A stretch of DNA of 64,000 nucleotides from Eutreptiella sp. 'Long Island Sound 2002' (lineage: Eukaryota; Protista; Euglenida), in contig OZ038378.1 of assembly GCA_964036045.1 (NCBI GenBank), forward strand, positions 177,940,001 to 178,004,000. The letters run 5' to 3'. Of the stretch, positions 58,876 to 64,000 are shown one piece after another. A model generated the notes under the pieces. The model made no database searches and was not told the origin of the DNA. It worked only from the letters and a program-made list of their open reading frames with translations. The translations under genes and the position numbers were made by a program. Numbering within the stretch: the stretch's first letter is position 1; the number at the start of each line of letters is the position of its first letter.

Positions 58876-60669
58876 CTCCTCAATGACCACAAGAGACCAT
58901 AGGTTCCTGTCTGTGGCAAAAGGTTGGCCTTGGCTTGTGGGAGGATACCAAAGTGTCTGTGGTGTTGATGCCTTCATACATGCACCGCGCTCGCCGCTGC
59001 TGTCTGGTCTTCTCTTTTGCTACCATGACTTTTTGGTGCAGGGCTCCGCCTATGCCTTCAAGCACATGTCAATACTGGGTTCACAACGACTAAAACAACC
59101 AATGACACTCCGCACCATGCTCAGCACACCGCGCCAAATACGTCTGCAAACCTGCACCAGATCCCACCTAGGGTATTAGGCCACCAACATACCACCTCTA
59201 CTTCCCTAAATGTTCAGGGAGTTGAACTCACATCCAACTAGCTTGGCATAAATGGGACTGGCATGCCGAGGTGTAGAGTGATGATACCTGTAAGCAAGCC
59301 TACTAGAACTGCAGCTGCCAACATGCATGGCTCTCCTGCGCACTGCTAGACATCCCACCCTATGGTTGCACCTTGGCTTTCTCGATGGCCCCACCTACAT
59401 CTCTTCTTCTCATGGAGATCGCATGCGCAACAACAAGATCTAAGGGTTATCAGGCGAATGGCAGTTTTAGGTCCCCAAAATGAACATGTGTGCATGCACG
59501 TGAGCTGCCTTTGCAGTGTTCGTAAAGCCACCATGTCATTAATAGTGGCAGTGTTCACCGCCTTTTTGACAGGGAAGAAGTGTTCCATTGTTTGTCTTGC
59601 AACACAAACAAACAAGAATGCTACAACATACCATTGCACATCCACACAAAAGCATTTTGCATTGCCATGCGGCCGTTGTAGGCCACCAAAATGGTTTGTT
59701 CACCTCCACAAAATTTGCCATGTTGCTGCAGGACCAGTTTTTCGTGCTTGCAATATGCTTTGATTTCGCGTAGCGCACCGTGACAGAGGCCGATTCCCAA
59801 CCGCCCAGCAGCATGAGGATTGGGCATCAAGCTGTAGAGGCCCATAGCTGGGCTGCCCCCCTTCTCCGCAATGCGCCATTGCGTGTGCTACAACCCCGGC
59901 GCTACCACCAATTGCACCCACATTTCTTCTCGGACTGTGATTGGAAATTGTGTGTCCTGCTCTCCAGTTGAACACCCCGTTTTCTCCTTCCCTCACATAT
60001 GAATTGCATTCACCTTGTCGCCCATGGCCCAAAATCTTGTGTATCCCCCCCTCTTTGGGATGTCTCTCCTGCAAACTTGACGGCTCCATTCACCGATTTC
60101 CCACACACAAGGCCTCCCCCACTCATAGGAGGTTCGTGAGGGATATGACCGCCACCTCAAATAATGTTCCTTGCACTGCATCCCTTGGTGACAAATACCC
60201 ACTGAAATATGGAGACTTTTACAGTGCTCCTTTGTAAGCCTCCTTGGTGCCTGACTCCAATCTATTTGATGCCTTGGCCGAGTATGAGCTCCCCAACTCT
60301 CCTCTAACTTCCTCCAACATCTTCTCTAGGGTATCTGGAGGCATATGGAATCCACATTCTTTCCCCCATCTTCGTCACGTGCTGCTCACTTGGAGTGGTC
60401 GGGGTCACCTCAGCCTTGTCAGTGGCACCCAAAATCCTCACTTTGGAATGCCCAATCCCAAGTGGGTTGGTACAATCTTGCCAAGTGCCCTTATTTGTCT
60501 AGTTCATCCACGCCAAGTTCGACGTCTAGATTTGGGTCAAGTTCTAGCGACTCATCAAAGAGGTCTAGGGCTGCGGGGGTTGCAAGAGTGGAGGGTCAAT
60601 CAAACCAAGAAGGTGACGGGCGGAAGAGCTTGAGCTTTGTTGGATAAATGGCACAAGGCATTTTCTAAC

Positions 60670-62320
60670 ACCAGCAAAGGCTGCAGAATTCAGAACACTT
60701 GGACATATGGATTGCATCAAACCAGAAAAAAGAAATCCCTAGTATGCCAACGAAAAACCACAAGTGTACAATTTCAAGACACTCGGACATGTACATTGCA
60801 TCAAAATAAAAAAAAAGAATTCCTCGTGTGCCAACAAAGGCTACAGAGTGTAGAATTCAAAACACCAAGATATATGGATTGCATCAGACTAAAGAGATAA
60901 AAAAAATTCCTCATGTGCCAGCGAAGGTTGCAAGGTGTAGAATTTCGGGCCTGGGGACATATGGAATGCATCAAACTAAAGGATATCTTGGTATGCCAGC
61001 AAAGGCTGCCTAGTGTAGAAATCAAAACACCGGGACACATTGATGGCATCGACTAAAAAACATTCCTCGTATACCAAAACACGTCACACTTAAAAAAAAT
61101 CTGCTATGCTAGCAAAGGCTGCCGGATGTAGAATTCAAGGCACTGGGAGGGACCGATCGCATGATACAAAAAAAAATTCCAAGCATGCCACCAAAGGTTG
61201 CAGCTTGCATAGTTTAGGACACTAGGACATACGGAATTGCCTGGGACCAAGAAAGAGAAACAATTCTTCATGTGCCAACGAAGGTTGCAGAGCGTAGAAT
61301 TCGCGACACAAGGAGATATGGATTGCATCAAACTAAAAAGAAAAACAATTCATGGCATGCCACCAAAGGCCGTAGGGTGCAGAATTCAGGACACCGGAAC
61401 ATATGGATTGCATCATACTTAAAACAATTCTCTCTGCTAACAAAGGCTGCAGGGTGTGGAACTAAAAACACTGGGACATAGGGATCGCATGAGACTAAAA
61501 GAGAAACACAATTCCTCATGTGCCACCAAAGGCTGCACGGTGTTGTAGGGTGTGGAATTCAAGACACCGCGACATACGGATGGCATCAAACTAACAAAAA
61601 AAAGCCAATTCATGGCGTGCCACCAGAGGCTGTAGGGTGCAGAATGTGGATTGCATCAGACTTCATCAACAAATCATCCCTATGCCAACAAAAGTTGCAG
61701 GGTGTAGAATTCAAGACGCCGGGACATCATCAGACCAAAAAAGGCATTTCATGGCATGCCACCAAAGGTTGTGGGGTGCAGAATTCAAGACACTTGGACA
61801 TATGGATTGCATCACACTCAAAAAAAGAAATTCCTAGTGCGCTACCAGAGCAAACAAAGATTGTAGGGTGTAGAACTTAGGGACTTGGAATCAATCAAAC
61901 TAAAAAAAAAATACGGGTATGCCAGCAAAAGCTGCAACGTGTAGAATTCAAGACACTAGGACATATGGATTGCATCAAACCAAAAACAAAAAACAATTCC
62001 TCATATGCCAGCAAAGGTTGCAGGGTACGGAATTCAAGACATTGGGACATATGGCTCGCAATAAACTAAAAAAAGGAAAATTCCTCGTCTACCAACAAAG
62101 GCTGCAGGGTGAAGAATTCAGGACACTTGCAGGGTGAAGAATTTAGGACACTGAGACACATGGGATCTATCACACTAATAAAAAATATTCTTGGTGTACC
62201 AACAAAGGCCGAAAGGTGCATAATTCAAGAAAATGGGACACCTTGATTGCATGAGACGGGGAAAAAATCCTAGCATGCTAGCAAAGGCTGCACGGTGCAC
62301 ATTTAAAGACACTGGAACAT
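60670..62320 (+). repeat. Diverged tandem array of ~85-bp units (roughly 18-20 copies)
   Basis: Consensus approximately TGCCARCAAAGGCTGCAGGGTGTAGAATTCAAGACACTAGGACATATGGATTGCATCAAACTAAAAAAAAATTCCTCA. Confidence 0.9.
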
Positions 62321-64000
62321 ATGGAATGCATGGTGAGGAGGACTCTCCAAGTGCCATAAAGATGGGCCCGGCACAAGAGAAGAGGGGAAGAATGTCGAAC
62401 ACTTTTGGCGGCTCTAGTGTGCCAAAAAAACCTTCAAACGGGTCCCAACTCACAATGGCTTGGGGCAATGCAATGCATGGAGCAATTGTGACTCACACAC
62501 ACTCCACTTCGGTTGACAATTGAAACTATTGGTCGCATTGGAGCCCCCAAAACTGTACAACTATCTGCCCCCCTCCATACAGTGTAACGATGGGCCCGGC
62601 GCAACATAGTGTGCCAAAACAGCTTCAAAATTTGACTTGAGCATATTGTCCAGAACTCACAATTGCTTGGGGCACTCAAACATTTTGAAGACTCACAATC
62701 ATCCTTCATACACTGCCTTTTTTCATCCTTCGTTGATTGCTTCCTCCTTCGCACCTTTTTCTTCTTTGTACGCCTTGCTCTCCGCCTCTTCTCCTTCTCC
62801 TTATACCTCCTATTTTGAGCCTCATCCTTCAACAATGTCCTTCCATTCTTATCCAATTCCATAATCACCCGCCAAATGTCAAATGCAAGTGATCCCGAAC
62901 GTAGGTCTGTGGATCCCGGCCTCGTCTAGGGACTCCGTCAAGCCCACCATCTTTCTCACCCACTTGGGAGCAGCGGACCTCTTCCTTCATGCCCTCAAGT
63001 TTGATGAGCACAAGGCAAACACGTACTCAAATAGGAACATTTCCAGCAATACTCGCGTACAATCATCCTCTTGCCGCATGTTCCCATCTCTACTCCCAGC
63101 CTCCTTTGCATTTGGCATTGTCACTCCGACTCCACCTTTCGTAGAATCACCTGTTGTTCTACTTGCTTCTGGATGCCCATGTCCTCTTGATCTAAACCAT
63201 CCTCCACCTTATTGGACGCGGTGGTCAACCCCATTGCCTAGGTCCTCACATGTCCAAGTTGTGATGCCATCTTCCTCCGGTGCAAACAACTTTTGCAAAT
63301 GTGCAGCCAGAAACTGCTCCAGCCTCTTCGCCCATATGTCTTCTTTTCCTTTTTTTTCAAGGCCTCCTTTTACAAACATCATTTCAAGAGGATTCAGCAG
63401 GGCACCCAAATACATTTCATATGCTCCCAGAAGGTCCCATAACTGTCATCCGCCAATGACGGCACCGCGTTCTACACATTCATCTACATGTGGATCACCA
63501 TGCTTGGAACTTCGTTCATCCTGGTCCACTATGCATCCGCCAATTCTCATATCCGATCTCCTCCCATGTGCTTTGCCCACACCTCTCCATGCTTGTGGGC
63601 AAATTGTTCAAGAACCTCAAAGCCATGGGCTGGTATGCCGTCCATCACAAATGAAAACACATTGAATCGATAGAAACAAAATGCCACAAATTCAGAACTG
63701 TCTATTAGAATCTATTAGAATGCACTGGACTTTATCATGGACAGTGGACTTTATAATGGACAGTGACAGGCAAGTTCAGGTCAGGTCAAAAACTTTTGTA
63801 TGTTCGCAAACATTAGTTTATTCACAAACTACAGTTTGGTAGTCCGGTGCCCCACACCCACCCACCCACCCTTTCCAACGCTCGTGCCATGGTGAGCAAA
63901 AGACCAGAATCCCCCAAAGCTGCCGCCTGACCCTTCAGCTGCCCCTTGTGAATGAGGGGCTGCATGGGCTGAGCGGATGAAGGGTGCAGGGCGTATTAGG

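Noticed and set aside
62175-63680. Fragmentary minus-strand coding-like region
   Set aside because: Multiple stops and frameshifts, and no family motif I can identify.

Overview
Repeat-rich eukaryotic genomic DNA, not prokaryotic. It has GT-AG introns, GC-rich exons among TE remnants and many G/C homopolymer runs. The repeat types and TTAGGG-like motifs suggest a euglenid-like protist (inference, unverified). Host genes on the minus strand: an intronless Slo/BK-family K+ channel (15365-19096); three in-frame exons of a divergent kinesin-like coiled-coil protein (50653-56972); a symmetric phase-1 Ig-like exon (2070-2408); and a disrupted Pro/Ala/Thr-rich ricin-B-lectin membrane protein gene (23413-25665). 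Mobile DNA: two RNase H-bearing non-LTR remnants, another RT remnant, a hAT element with intact TIRs and 8-bp TSD (41990-45418), Harbinger-like and pogo-like remnants, and a TA-TSD MITE. A ~3 kb inverted duplication brackets the channel gene. There are also several satellite arrays. The most striking structure is at 33111-36518: two tandem copies of a 1125-bp Penelope-like RT C-terminal fragment with no endonuclease after it. Each copy is bounded by 251-bp direct repeats carrying minimal hammerhead-ribozyme motifs with complementary lesions, and both sit in a strand-asymmetric 10-bp satellite. Frameshifts at homopolymers may be sequencing errors.
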